Shown here: in pieces, positions 30,224 through 39,727 of the stretch | Layout: every line of letters starts with the position of its first letter | How positions within the stretch are numbered: position 1 is the first letter of the stretch | NCBI GenBank assembly: GCA_009392005.1 | Contig: VFHL01000001.1 | Span: forward strand, 184,392 to 248,391 | Length of the DNA stretch: 64,000 bases | From: SAR202 cluster bacterium | GTDB lineage: Bacteria > Chloroflexota > Dehalococcoidia > UBA6926 > VFHL01 | Direction: 5' to 3' | The notes under the pieces: generated by a model | What the model was told of the DNA's origin: nothing | The model's input: the letters and a program-made list of their open reading frames with translations, nothing else | Databases searched by the model: none | Program-made: the position numbers and the translations under genes

Positions 30224-31315
30224 TTATAACTCTATTTGTACCTCGTTGCCTGTTAAACTTGATTCGCGGATTCCATCAAGGATTTGTTGGCATCTATATC
30301 CATCATAAAAATTGGGTGCGGGTGAGATCCCTTCATCAATACCACGCAAGAATTCACGTGTTAGTAGACGAAATGGCATCAGTCGATCGTCTCTATCATC
30401 TTCGAATGGTTGTAATCGGTCAGGTATAGTTTCTTCGTTTAAGCTTTCCTGCCCTAGTTTCGCGGCCAGAATTTTGCCATGCGCCGGGGGATTCATACCT
30501 GGCCCCACATGGGGCGTTATCAATGTCCCATCGGTCCCATACACTTCCATGCGTCCTCCAGGCCCATATGGTGCAGCAGAGGAGGCAACCATTGTAGCCC
30601 AACCACCGCTGGCAAATTCTACTCTAAATTGGAATGTGTCATCCGCGTTTGACTGAACAATGTTCCCAGTCTCTTCGTTTATTCGATCAGGATAGTGCGT
30701 TCTTGTCGTTCCCGATACAGAACTTATTTCGCCAAACCATTGGCGTAATGCGTCAATATAATGAGAACCGAGACCAAAAAGGAAGCCGCCACCATTTTCT
30801 GCCACATCTCGATCGGTTAGTGGGCGAGGTTTTATTGGTCGTCTTGGGCCCGTCACAAGTGTGACTAGTGCCATTTGGAGTTCTCCGATATGGCCTTCGT
30901 CGATTAATTCTTTTACCCGTGAGCGGCCCGATGAAAAGCGGAATTCATGCGCGATCATCGCTGTTTTTTTAGATTCATTCGCGGCATTTAACATTTCTTT
31001 TGCCGTGGCTTGGTCTGTGCTGAAGGGTTTTTCGCAGATAACGTGCTTACCAGCCTTTAGTGCAGCGAGGACGATAGGCAGATGAAGGTGGACTGGAGTT
31101 GCAATACTGACTGCATCTAAATCGTTTAATTCCAACATTAATTCATAATCTGAGAAGAAGTTTGGGATGTCGAATTTTTCAGCTGTTTCTTTGGCACGTT
31201 CTTCTCTTCGAGCGGCTACGGCTATGACATCAAGACCTTCTGATTGGAAAGCAGGGATGTGTACCTGTGCTCCGAAACCGACGCCGACAACGCCAATTTT
31301 CAATTTGTGCGCCAT
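30224..31315 (-). CDS. Gfo/Idh/MocA oxidoreductase
   Basis: GVGFG Rossmann motif, GKHVICEKP, GGGFL...SHYID. Confidence 0.92.
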   Translation of the reverse strand: MAHKLKIGVVGVGFGAQVHIPAFQSEGLDVIAVAARREERAKETAEKFDIPNFFSDYELMLELNDLDAVSIATPVHLHLPIVLAALKAGKHVICEKPFSTDQATAKEMLNAANESKKTAMIAHEFRFSSGRSRVKELIDEGHIGELQMALVTLVTGPRRPIKPRPLTDRDVAENGGGFLFGLGSHYIDALRQWFGEISSVSGTTRTHYPDRINEETGNIVQSNADDTFQFRVEFASGGWATMVASSAAPYGPGGRMEVYGTDGTLITPHVGPGMNPPAHGKILAAKLGQESLNEETIPDRLQPFEDDRDDRLMPFRLLTREFLRGIDEGISPAPNFYDGYRCQQILDGIRESSLTGNEVQIEL

Positions 31316-31390
31316 AATCATGCTCCTTTCAACTTTGAACTCTACGAGGCGGTTACTAAATGAGTTAGTTACAGGTACTAATATCCTCAG

Positions 31391-31456
31391 AGCGTACTAT
31401 GTCTTAACTTAATGTCAAACGTTCCTGTTGACACTCATGATTGGCGCCTTTAGGGT
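31391..31456. promoter_or_regulatory. Back-to-back divergent promoters
   Basis: Plus: TTGACA(31428)-17-TAGGGT; minus: TTGACA(31418)-16-TACGCT. Confidence 0.55.
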
Positions 31457-31462
31457 TCATAT

Positions 31463-32419
31463 ATGAAATATCGCAAACTCGGATCTATTGGAGAGGTAAG
31501 TGCATTAACTCTCGGCGGCGGAGGGATTGGTCAGATATGGGGCCAGACTGATCGTGCGGAAGCGGTTGAAACTGTTAAAGCTGCCGTTGATGGTGGTATC
31601 ACTTTTCTGGACGTAGCTCCTACGTATGGAGATGGGGAGGCGGAAAGAGTTATTGGACAGGCATTTGATGGTAAATTGCCAGCTGGTGTCCGTATGTCCA
31701 CTAAATGCGCTGTTTTGAATGTGCAACCTGATGAAGTTGCACCTAGGATCGACAATAGTCTATCAGATAGTTTTGACCGATTACGGGTTGATTACGTAGA
31801 CTTGTTTTTGTTGCACAATCAAATTATTTCCGATGGTGATGTGGCGAGATATCGGGGGACGACACATAGCTTGTTTGTTGATACCGTGAGACCGATTTTT
31901 GAAAAGATGGTTCAAGATGGCAGGATTGGAGCGTGGGGGTTGACCGGGATTGGAGTTCCAACACAACTTTTACAAGCGCTCGAAGAAGATCCTGCTCCTT
32001 CGGTTATCCAAGTGGTGGCGAATTTGCTTGACTCACCTGGTGGACTGAAAAGATTTGATGAACCTGCCGAACCCCGAAGGATCATGAGATCGGCTCAAGA
32101 TCGTGGTATTGGTGTTATGGGGATTCGAGCTGTCCAAGCGGGCGCGTTGACTGATCAGTTTGATCGAGATATACCAATTGAGAGCCCAGATTATGCGGAT
32201 TATGAACGCGCAGCATCTTTTCGTGCGTTTGCGAAAAAGAACGGTGTTTCTTCGGCATTTCTAGCGCATCGTTATGCTTTAAGCATAAACGAGGTTTCGA
32301 CGGTTGTTCTAGGTGTTAAAAATCGGAATGAATTAAGTGAATGCTTGATGGCAGAGGAAACTGCTCCTTTAGATCCTGATCTAATTGCTGAAGTGGATCG
32401 ATTAGTGGGTCGTATTTAG
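31463..32419 (+). CDS. Aldo/keto reductase
   Basis: MKYRKLG, DVAPTYG (Asp/Tyr), STK, LLHN catalytic tetrad. Confidence 0.92.
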   Translation: MKYRKLGSIGEVSALTLGGGGIGQIWGQTDRAEAVETVKAAVDGGITFLDVAPTYGDGEAERVIGQAFDGKLPAGVRMSTKCAVLNVQPDEVAPRIDNSLSDSFDRLRVDYVDLFLLHNQIISDGDVARYRGTTHSLFVDTVRPIFEKMVQDGRIGAWGLTGIGVPTQLLQALEEDPAPSVIQVVANLLDSPGGLKRFDEPAEPRRIMRSAQDRGIGVMGIRAVQAGALTDQFDRDIPIESPDYADYERAASFRAFAKKNGVSSAFLAHRYALSINEVSTVVLGVKNRNELSECLMAEETAPLDPDLIAEVDRLVGRI

Positions 32420-32472
32420 TTTGGATCTTCAATTAATTTTGGATCGAACGAATTTTCAGAGAGGTGAGTGAG

Positions 32473-32724
32473 ATGGCGACAAGCAACGATGTTATTGTGA
32501 TGTATGGCACTGCTTGGTGTTCCGACTGTACCCGGTCAAAACGGGTTTTCGCAATACACGAGATTGAATATAAATATATAGATATTGATGTACAGGAATG
32601 GGCTGCAGATGAAGTTGTAAAGCTGAATGGTGGAAATAAATCTGTGCCAACTATTGTCTTTCCTGACGGTACAGTATTGGTAGAGCCCTCAGATCAAGAT
32701 TTGGAGACAAAACTAGGGGTGTGA
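32473..32724 (+). CDS. Glutaredoxin-like protein (NrdH/mycoredoxin type)
   Basis: WCSDC, NGGNKSVPT..FPDG..LVEP. Confidence 0.9.
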   Translation: MATSNDVIVMYGTAWCSDCTRSKRVFAIHEIEYKYIDIDVQEWAADEVVKLNGGNKSVPTIVFPDGTVLVEPSDQDLETKLGV

Positions 32725-32745
32725 AGAGTTATGCTTTCTAAACTT

Positions 32746-33390
32746 TCATTCCCATAGTCTTTGAAAAAATTTTGTGATTGTGTCGGCGAGTGAATCTGCA
32801 CCATCGCTCCAAGATCGATCCGCATTTTGGATGAGACGCAGTTGTGTTGTTTTTGGTAATGCAGCTTGGGCGCTAACCAATTTTTCTGGTGGCGTCATAA
32901 GATCTTTCTCTCCGCCGATAATTATTGCAGGAATTGAAATTGTTTTGAGTATTTCTGAATCTAAGAGGCCTAGGGGAGGGGAGATGAGAACGAGTCCCGA
33001 TACACTCGTCTCTGATTGCGTTGTTAATGCGGCCATCGATGCTCCAAAAGAGTAACCAATTAGCCCAAGTTTGTTTTCATTGATATCCGGCCATTCGTTC
33101 AGTAAATCAAAAGCGTTGCGAGCATCTTCACTTTCGCCTTTGCCTTCCTCATATGAACCGGTACTTTCACCAACACCGCGATAATTATAGCGAAGTGTCG
33201 CTATTTCGTGTGTGGTGAGTTTTGAACTAATAGTTCGAATTACTGGGCTATCCATAGTTCCGCCCATCCATGGATCGGGGTGGCTGATAACAATGCCTGA
33301 CCAAGGAGGTTCGGAAATTGTAGGTGTTGCCACAATGCCTTCTAAGTTTTCTTTCCCACTTGGAAATGAAATCCGTGTTTCTCGAGTCAT
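32746..33390 (-). CDS. Alpha/beta-fold hydrolase-like protein
   Basis: HP.P..GGTMD, RYNYRGVGES, GYSFG; the expected catalytic His appears replaced (ADRS). Confidence 0.88.
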   Translation of the reverse strand: MTRETRISFPSGKENLEGIVATPTISEPPWSGIVISHPDPWMGGTMDSPVIRTISSKLTTHEIATLRYNYRGVGESTGSYEEGKGESEDARNAFDLLNEWPDINENKLGLIGYSFGASMAALTTQSETSVSGLVLISPPLGLLDSEILKTISIPAIIIGGEKDLMTPPEKLVSAQAALPKTTQLRLIQNADRSWSDGADSLADTITKFFQRLWE

Positions 33391-33461
33391 TCTTTAGTCC
33401 ACATCACAGCATATTTTGATCGTAATTCTTCGATCCAATCAGGAGATAATAATATGTTGGT

Positions 33462-33503
33462 TTTGATCGCTATTCAAATACATCAATTTGAATAGCGATC
33501 AAA
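33462..33503. repeat. Perfect 18-bp inverted repeat (stem-loop) just after the SBP stop codon
   Basis: TTTGATCGCTATTCAAAT-ACATCA-ATTTGAATAGCGATCAAA. Confidence 0.9.
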
Positions 33504-33504
33504 G

Positions 33505-35718
33505 TTATTTGAAGCAAGAGGTAGCTTTTTGGAGATTTAAGACACTTTCCTTGAGCCGGACATAATTGAAATGGATATAACCGAGCCCATCAGGGTTGTA
33601 GCAATCAATATGGTGTTTTACTAAATGATAGGCATTATCGAACCTGATTGGAATGAAAGCGGCATCTTTGATCAACAGTGCTTCCGCCTGTCGATAGAGG
33701 TTGTTGCGAGCATTTCGGTTTTCTGTTGTAGCGGCTTGATCAATGAGGGAATCAAAAAAGGGATTACTGTATTCGCCACCATTATTTTCTCGCCCTGTAT
33801 AAAACAACAGATCTAAGAAATTTTGAGGATCCGGATAATCAGCTAGCCACCCGTAACTGAAAAGGTTACCTTTCACAGTTTTTAATTCATTCCAATAAAG
33901 CTGTGAAGAGGGGATCAGCTTAATTTCGATCTCTATATTTAAATTCCGTTTAATTTCCTCTGCTACGATTAATGCTAGTTTGCTTGGCTCTAAATATCCA
34001 CGTTCCGTATAGATGATTGCAGGAAATTCTTCAGGAGATGCGTATTTTTCAGTGATGATTCTCCTTGCTTTTTCAGGATTAAAATCTATTTTGGGTAACA
34101 ATGATTCATCGTTGGATAAAAATTGCGGAGGGATCAGGCCGTTAGCGAGCGGCACTCGATCATCAAATACAGATTCGATAATGCGTTCGCGGTCGATAGC
34201 CATAAGAAAAGCGTTTCTTATCAGCGGATCGTTAAATGGAGGTTTTGTGGTATCAAATCCAATGTACCAAGTAGAGGGTTTGGTGAATTGAACGAGTTCC
34301 TGTCTGAAATTCGGATGACTGTCAAAAATGGATAGCATATCGAAACCAACGTTCACCACATCGATTTCATCTTGCTTGTACATGTCGATTGGGTTTTCGC
34401 CATACATCCGGAAAACAACTTTATCCAAGTTTGCCTTGTATCCATAGTAGTCATTGTATTTTGCTAGGACTAAGATTTCATTCGCAGTCCATTTTTGTAG
34501 TTGGAATGGACCAGTTCCCATAGGTTTTAACCACCAGGGGCTTTTGCTAGATTCGACGGTTTTTTTGTCAACAACGAATGCAGCGGGGTAGGTCATTTTT
34601 TGAAGGAAATAGGGAGTTGGGGCGACCAATCGTATTTGCAGTGTGTGCGCATCAATTTTGGTTAGGCCGCTAATTTGCTCAGATTCCCCATTGAACACTT
34701 GCTGAACGCCTGCAATATCACCGAGAAAATCAAGAGCAGTTGTTGATCCAGTACGTGGATTAGCAGCTCTGTTTAGCGAGTAGATGAAGTCATCTGCGGT
34801 AACCTTTCTACCATTATGAAAGGTGGCTTCTTTCGTAAGGTGAAACGTATAGGTTGTCTTATCGTTACTTATATTCCAAGTTGCTATATCGGGTACGACT
34901 TCGAGATTGTGGTTGAGCCTAACAAGTCCGGAGAAAATTTGTTGGATATACCGATGAGATCCGGCATCTCCAGACAAAGCAGGATCCAATGTGAGAGGGC
35001 TAGTCGCCCATAGTGTGATTGTGTTCGCGGTCGGATCATCAAAAGGACGGGGATGATTAATTACGAAATTTGCAATGATGTTATCTATGACGTCGTTATT
35101 AACAATATCTTCATCTGCTAGGCTCTTAATCCATAAAGTGAATGCGTGGGTCCCACGTGTTGCGTAAATCAAGCAAAAGTTAATTATCTGCTGATTGTTA
35201 TCAGTTGCTTGAAGTTGTATTTGATAGGCAGTAGAAGCACCATCTACCTGTATTTGGTTTTGACTAATAATGGTTGTAGAGGATTCATCTTGTATCGTAA
35301 TCAAATCGCGTTGAGCGAGTTGTGTAGCAGTGGTTAATGTAGGGGGGATTTCTTTGTAAAGCTGTACCTGGGGAAATCCGTTGGGCGAAGATAGATTTAT
35401 CAATGGTGAATCAAAGGACTGGGGATCAATCGATATCCAATTGGACGGGAATCGTAGCGTGACACCCCAAGTCGTATTCTCATATTTTTGCCATGAATCT
35501 GCCACAGTTTTGGTAGGAACAGCGGGGGGTATTTTTGTAGGAACTAGAGGTTTGGCAGGCACAGATTTTGTGTCCGCCGGCGATGAAAGGGGTGTTACGG
35601 TATGAGCTTTAGTTGGTTCCTCTTCCGCGGTACACGCTGGAGCATATATGATCAAGAACACAGCAATTACCAAGAATCCAATTTTATAAAAACTGTTATT
35701 TTGCTGCGCCGATAACAT
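33505..35718 (-). CDS. Peptide/nickel ABC substrate-binding lipoprotein (family 5) with an extra N-terminal domain
   Basis: Lipobox APAC, Pro/Thr linker, TLDPA, FHNGRKVTADDF, GTGPF, GWLADYPDPQNFL. Confidence 0.9.
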   Translation of the reverse strand: MLSAQQNNSFYKIGFLVIAVFLIIYAPACTAEEEPTKAHTVTPLSSPADTKSVPAKPLVPTKIPPAVPTKTVADSWQKYENTTWGVTLRFPSNWISIDPQSFDSPLINLSSPNGFPQVQLYKEIPPTLTTATQLAQRDLITIQDESSTTIISQNQIQVDGASTAYQIQLQATDNNQQIINFCLIYATRGTHAFTLWIKSLADEDIVNNDVIDNIIANFVINHPRPFDDPTANTITLWATSPLTLDPALSGDAGSHRYIQQIFSGLVRLNHNLEVVPDIATWNISNDKTTYTFHLTKEATFHNGRKVTADDFIYSLNRAANPRTGSTTALDFLGDIAGVQQVFNGESEQISGLTKIDAHTLQIRLVAPTPYFLQKMTYPAAFVVDKKTVESSKSPWWLKPMGTGPFQLQKWTANEILVLAKYNDYYGYKANLDKVVFRMYGENPIDMYKQDEIDVVNVGFDMLSIFDSHPNFRQELVQFTKPSTWYIGFDTTKPPFNDPLIRNAFLMAIDRERIIESVFDDRVPLANGLIPPQFLSNDESLLPKIDFNPEKARRIITEKYASPEEFPAIIYTERGYLEPSKLALIVAEEIKRNLNIEIEIKLIPSSQLYWNELKTVKGNLFSYGWLADYPDPQNFLDLLFYTGRENNGGEYSNPFFDSLIDQAATTENRNARNNLYRQAEALLIKDAAFIPIRFDNAYHLVKHHIDCYNPDGLGYIHFNYVRLKESVLNLQKATSCFK

Positions 35719-36800
35719 GTTTTAGATAAGTTTCTATTAATTCATCAAGATTCCCGTCTAAGACAGCTTCTGTATCGCTTGTTTCGAAGCTTGATCGATG
35801 GTCCTTTACCATTTGATATGGGTGCAATATATAACTGCGGATCTGGTTGCCCCATTCTGCTTCAACATGTTCACCTTTAAGGCGTGCCTGGTCTTGCGCC
35901 TGTTTGGTTAGTTCTCTCTCCGTCAAACGAGCTTGGAGAATTTTCATCGCAGTTTCACGGTTCTGTCGTTGTGATCGTTCGTTCTGACAAGTGACTGTAA
36001 TGTTCGTTGGGATATGAACGATGCGTACTGCGGTCGAATTCTTTTGGACACTTTGTCCTCCTGCACCACTTGATTTGAAATAGTCGATTCTAAGGTCTGA
36101 TTGATCGATAGTTACATCGGTGTTCAAATCCAAATCTGGTAAGATTTCGACTTTGGCGAATGAGGTATGGCGAGCCTTATCTGCATCGAATGGCGATAAT
36201 CGGACTAGCCGATGAGCTCCAGCTTCGCCTTTCAAATACCCGTACCCGAATTCACCAATGATCTCGAGGTGCACACTCTTGATTCCGGCTTCTTCGCCGC
36301 TATGCATATCCAAAATCTTTGTTGTGTAGTCGCGTTTCTCTGCCCACCTGAGGTACATTTTAAGCAGCATTTCGGACCAATCCTGGGATTCGGTTCCGCC
36401 TGCTCCAGCATGAATGGCTAAGATTGCGCCGTTCCTATCGTGTTTTCCCGAAAGACGGAGTTCAAAGTCCAGTTTCTCTAGTTTCTGGTGAATACGATTA
36501 ATGTCCATTTCGATATCGGGAAGGATGTCCTCATCTTCAGATACGATAGCTAACTCAAGGAGTTCTGAAGTAGCACGAGCATCCGCCTCCAGATCGATCC
36601 AAGTTGTTGTTAGATCTCGTATAGATGCTAGTGCCCGCATGTGTGTTTGAGCTGCGCGGGTGTCATCCCAAAAGCCGTGATCTGCTGCTTTATTCTCTAG
36701 GGTTTCTAACTCTTTTAGTTTATTGGCGATTTCAAAGTCGCACCATGATTTCCGTGATCCGACTGTGATACTCGGTAATACGGTTCATTAGTTCCTGCAT
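35696..36800 (-). CDS. prfB: Peptide chain release factor 2 with programmed +1 frameshift (36800..36735 joined to 36733..35696)
   Basis: SD GGAGG, ATG 36800, MQELMNRITEYHSRITEIMVRL then CTT TGA; the +1 frame continues EIANKLKELE...FWDD; SPF and GGQ motifs. Confidence 0.96.
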
Positions 36801-36946
36801 AATTCCTCCGACGCGTGTGTAAGATAGTTCAACAGTATGTCGATTCCATAATATCGCATGATGAGTATCAAGATGTCTAATGGCATTCTTATAAGTGTGT
36901 TTGATTGCTGATGCTTTGGTCGTTTTGCTATCATTGTTGTCAGTGT

Positions 36947-37023
36947 CGGGGTGTGGCGCAGACCGGTAGCGCACCTGCATGGGGTGCAGGGGGTCGGAGG
37001 TTCAAATCCTCTCACCCCGACCA
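36947..37023 (+). tRNA. tRNA-Pro(GGG)
   Basis: CGGGGTG acceptor stem, anticodon arm CCTGC-ATGGGGT-GCAGG, GGTTCAAATCC T-loop, encoded CCA. Confidence 0.97.
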
Positions 37024-37075
37024 CGTAAGAAATAGATAAGGCGGCTTAGGGTTAATTGAGGTTTTTTACTATCTC

Positions 37076-37816
37076 ATGATATTTGAAAAAGGGGACGTGA
37101 CGAGCCCTCGCGGGCATGCGATTTTGTATTATCGCTCCAGTGGGGTGTGCCTCGCGACATACATTATGGTGTTGCCTCTCAAGCTGGATCTTGAAAAATT
37201 CATTCCGCCAGTCATGATCTCTCAAGTAAAGGCATCTGGGATTGATGAGTTGACTGCGTTCGCGATTCCTCCAGCACTTGAAGAAGTGCCAAGTTATGAG
37301 TTTTTGTTGAAACTTGCGGAACAAAGATTTGATGATTTGGTTTTTGGTGGAGAAGTTTCTGGTAACGATTTTCTTGATTCAGCCCAGCGTGTAAGTGATG
37401 CGGTTAAAGAATATGCAGATCTTTGTCAAAAATTGTTCAACACATCCAATACTGAGGAAATTTCTCCTAGTGAAATTTCGGATCTAAGCGTGAATGAAGT
37501 TTTGTTTTCGATGATGCCTGAGCGAGAGGCCTTGGGAGAATTGTCGAAAATGATCGGTAAAATGCAGTTCGCTTTAGAAGGTCACGATGACCGATTGGCA
37601 CAAGAATCAGTGAGTGAGATTACTGCCCTTTCCCGACACTTACCTGAATCATATCAACTTACCGACTTGATAAAAGCTTTAGAAGGATCATCATCAAATC
37701 GATTAGAATTGGCTCGGCTGTATTTGGAGCGATGCTATAAATTGCTTGAAGAAGATTATGCTGCTGTCAGTGAAAAAGATGATGCTATTCGTCAAATGCA
37801 AGGGACCTTTGATTAA
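37076..37816 (+). CDS. Hypothetical protein (246 aa)
   Basis: Long ORF with SD GAGG; FEKG...PRGHAILY N-terminus; helical C-terminus. Confidence 0.8.
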   Translation: MIFEKGDVTSPRGHAILYYRSSGVCLATYIMVLPLKLDLEKFIPPVMISQVKASGIDELTAFAIPPALEEVPSYEFLLKLAEQRFDDLVFGGEVSGNDFLDSAQRVSDAVKEYADLCQKLFNTSNTEEISPSEISDLSVNEVLFSMMPEREALGELSKMIGKMQFALEGHDDRLAQESVSEITALSRHLPESYQLTDLIKALEGSSSNRLELARLYLERCYKLLEEDYAAVSEKDDAIRQMQGTFD

Positions 37817-37846
37817 GGAGCACGAATCTCTTCAGCGAGGTGGAAA

Positions 37847-38062
37847 GTGTTAGAACTTAATCTTGGAGATATCGTTTTATTGAGAAAGAAACACCCCTGT
37901 GGAGGCGACAGTTGGAAAGTTGTTCGGCTGGGGTCCGATGTGGGGTTGCTATGCGAGACCTGTCATCACCGAACAATGCTGGATCGGTTGGTTCTTGAGC
38001 GACGGATTTATGAGATCAGACCATCTCAGTCTGATGGTGTGGATTCGGTCTCATCAACTTGA
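37847..38062 (+). CDS. DUF951 family protein
   Basis: LGDIV.LRKKHPCGGDSW...G.D..L.CETC. Confidence 0.9.
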   Translation: MLELNLGDIVLLRKKHPCGGDSWKVVRLGSDVGLLCETCHHRTMLDRLVLERRIYEIRPSQSDGVDSVSST

Positions 38063-38107
38063 ATCTTGGTTGATGAGGTTACGTGGGTTTTTCCCAAAAG
38101 GAGTAAA

Positions 38108-38395
38108 GTGCCAACCATGAATGAACGATTACATGCGGTCGCGAGGGGGCATGTTCAAGGCGTCAGTTATCGATGGTTTGTCGTACGAGCAGCGCAAAAG
38201 CTGAGTATCGTTGGGTGGACCCGTAATGGTGCGAATGGGCGATCGGTGGAAGTGGTTGCGGAAGGCCTTCGTTCAAACTTAGAGCAACTGATTCAGAAAC
38301 TGCATGATGGTCCACCTCGTGCAAGAGTTGATAGTGTTGATGTTTCGTGGGAGACGACCGTTGGTGACATGGAAGATTTCAGCATTCGTTATTGA
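38108..38395 (+). CDS. acyP: Acylphosphatase
   Basis: GHVQGVSYR, GWTRN, VEVVAEG, GPPRARV; start 38108 (GTG) or 38117 (ATG). Confidence 0.93.
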   Translation: MPTMNERLHAVARGHVQGVSYRWFVVRAAQKLSIVGWTRNGANGRSVEVVAEGLRSNLEQLIQKLHDGPPRARVDSVDVSWETTVGDMEDFSIRY

Positions 38396-38430
38396 AAGCC
38401 CAATAGTCATTCAGTGATTCTACGAAGTGG

Positions 38431-39684
38431 TTATTCGAGTAGCAGGATTTCAGCTTTGTCCCCAGGATTAAGAACAGGAGTATTCTCTGGGCAGATCGCT
38501 AAACCGTTTGCCCGTGCCATCCCTGTAAGGATGTTTGATCCCTGTGGCCCCGCTAATCTAGCATGGTAAATCCCGTTTTTCTTTTCCACCAAGGCTCTCG
38601 CGTAAGTACGTCGCTGGTCAAAGTTGACAATTGGATCTTCAAGTATCGCTTCGACAGAAGGTAAATCCCATTTTGTGTAACCCATCATTTTTAATATAGC
38701 AGGCCTCGCTAAAATATAGAAAACTACCATCGCTGACACCGGATTTCCTGGCAGACCTATGAGTGGAATGGTCTTTTCCCATGGGTCATCAGGGGTGCCT
38801 TTTAACATTCCGAATGCGACGGGTTTTCCTGGGCGCATGCGCACAGTCCAGAGCGACAAATCTCCATATTGCTTCAAGACCTCTTTTACAATGTCATAAT
38901 ATCCTAATGACACACCTGCAGATGTAAGAACGAGGTCGTATTCGCGGGCAGCAGCAATTTTCTCCGATAAATCTTCTACTGTATCCTTTGCGATGCCTAT
39001 CATTTCAGGCTGTGCACCCAAATTGTTGATTAATGCGGCAAGGCTATGTGAATTACTATCAAAAATTTGACCTGCTCCGAGAGTTTTCCCGGGTTGAACA
39101 ATTTCATCTCCTGTCGAGAGAATTGCGACTCTGGGCCTTCGCACTACATTCGTATGCGCCAAACCAAGAGAGGCTAATACACCAATGATTCCTGGGTTAA
39201 TTGGCGTTCCATGTTTGAAAACAGTATCGTCTTTCTTGATATCTTCGCCTTGTTCCCGGATCGCTTCACCGTTAGGAGTTTCTTTTAAGATTGAAATAGA
39301 TGTTAACGGTTCTTGATTCTTCTGCCGATGTTCTTCGTCGGTATCTTCAAAGCGAACGATCGTGTCTGCACCCACGGGTATAGGTGCTCCTGTCATGATT
39401 CGGATGGCAGTTTTTGGATCTAGTTTGATTCCAGGGAATGATCCTGCCGCGATTTCTCCAATGACTGGCAACGTCTTTGGGTTGTTCTTGGAGGCTCCAA
39501 CTATGTCGGATGCACGGACAGCATAACCATCCATTCCCGAGTTGTCCCAGCGGGGTAAATCCATCGGTGCTTTCACGGTTTGAGCAAGCACTAGGTTAAG
39601 CGTGTCACCTATCGCCATGTTTGTTGGTTCCAAGGATGTAATTGGGTTCAATACTTCCTTGAGAGCTTCCTCAACACGCATCAT
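38431..39684 (-). CDS. moeA: Molybdopterin molybdotransferase
   Basis: NSGMDGYAV, IMTGAP, STGDE, MRPGKP, LPGNPVS. Confidence 0.96.
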   Translation of the reverse strand: MMRVEEALKEVLNPITSLEPTNMAIGDTLNLVLAQTVKAPMDLPRWDNSGMDGYAVRASDIVGASKNNPKTLPVIGEIAAGSFPGIKLDPKTAIRIMTGAPIPVGADTIVRFEDTDEEHRQKNQEPLTSISILKETPNGEAIREQGEDIKKDDTVFKHGTPINPGIIGVLASLGLAHTNVVRRPRVAILSTGDEIVQPGKTLGAGQIFDSNSHSLAALINNLGAQPEMIGIAKDTVEDLSEKIAAAREYDLVLTSAGVSLGYYDIVKEVLKQYGDLSLWTVRMRPGKPVAFGMLKGTPDDPWEKTIPLIGLPGNPVSAMVVFYILARPAILKMMGYTKWDLPSVEAILEDPIVNFDQRRTYARALVEKKNGIYHARLAGPQGSNILTGMARANGLAICPENTPVLNPGDKAEILLLE

Positions 39685-39727
39685 AGGAACCTCCACTATT
39701 CCGTTGGTTTTTCTGGTTAGGGCTACT

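Noticed and set aside
36732..37024. Track ORFs 36732..36980 and 36788..37024
   Set aside because: They run antisense through the tRNA; only 36800..36735 is real, as the first prfB segment
36947..37100. Integrative element at tRNA-Pro
   Set aside because: No integrase and no duplicated tRNA 3' end seen in the window
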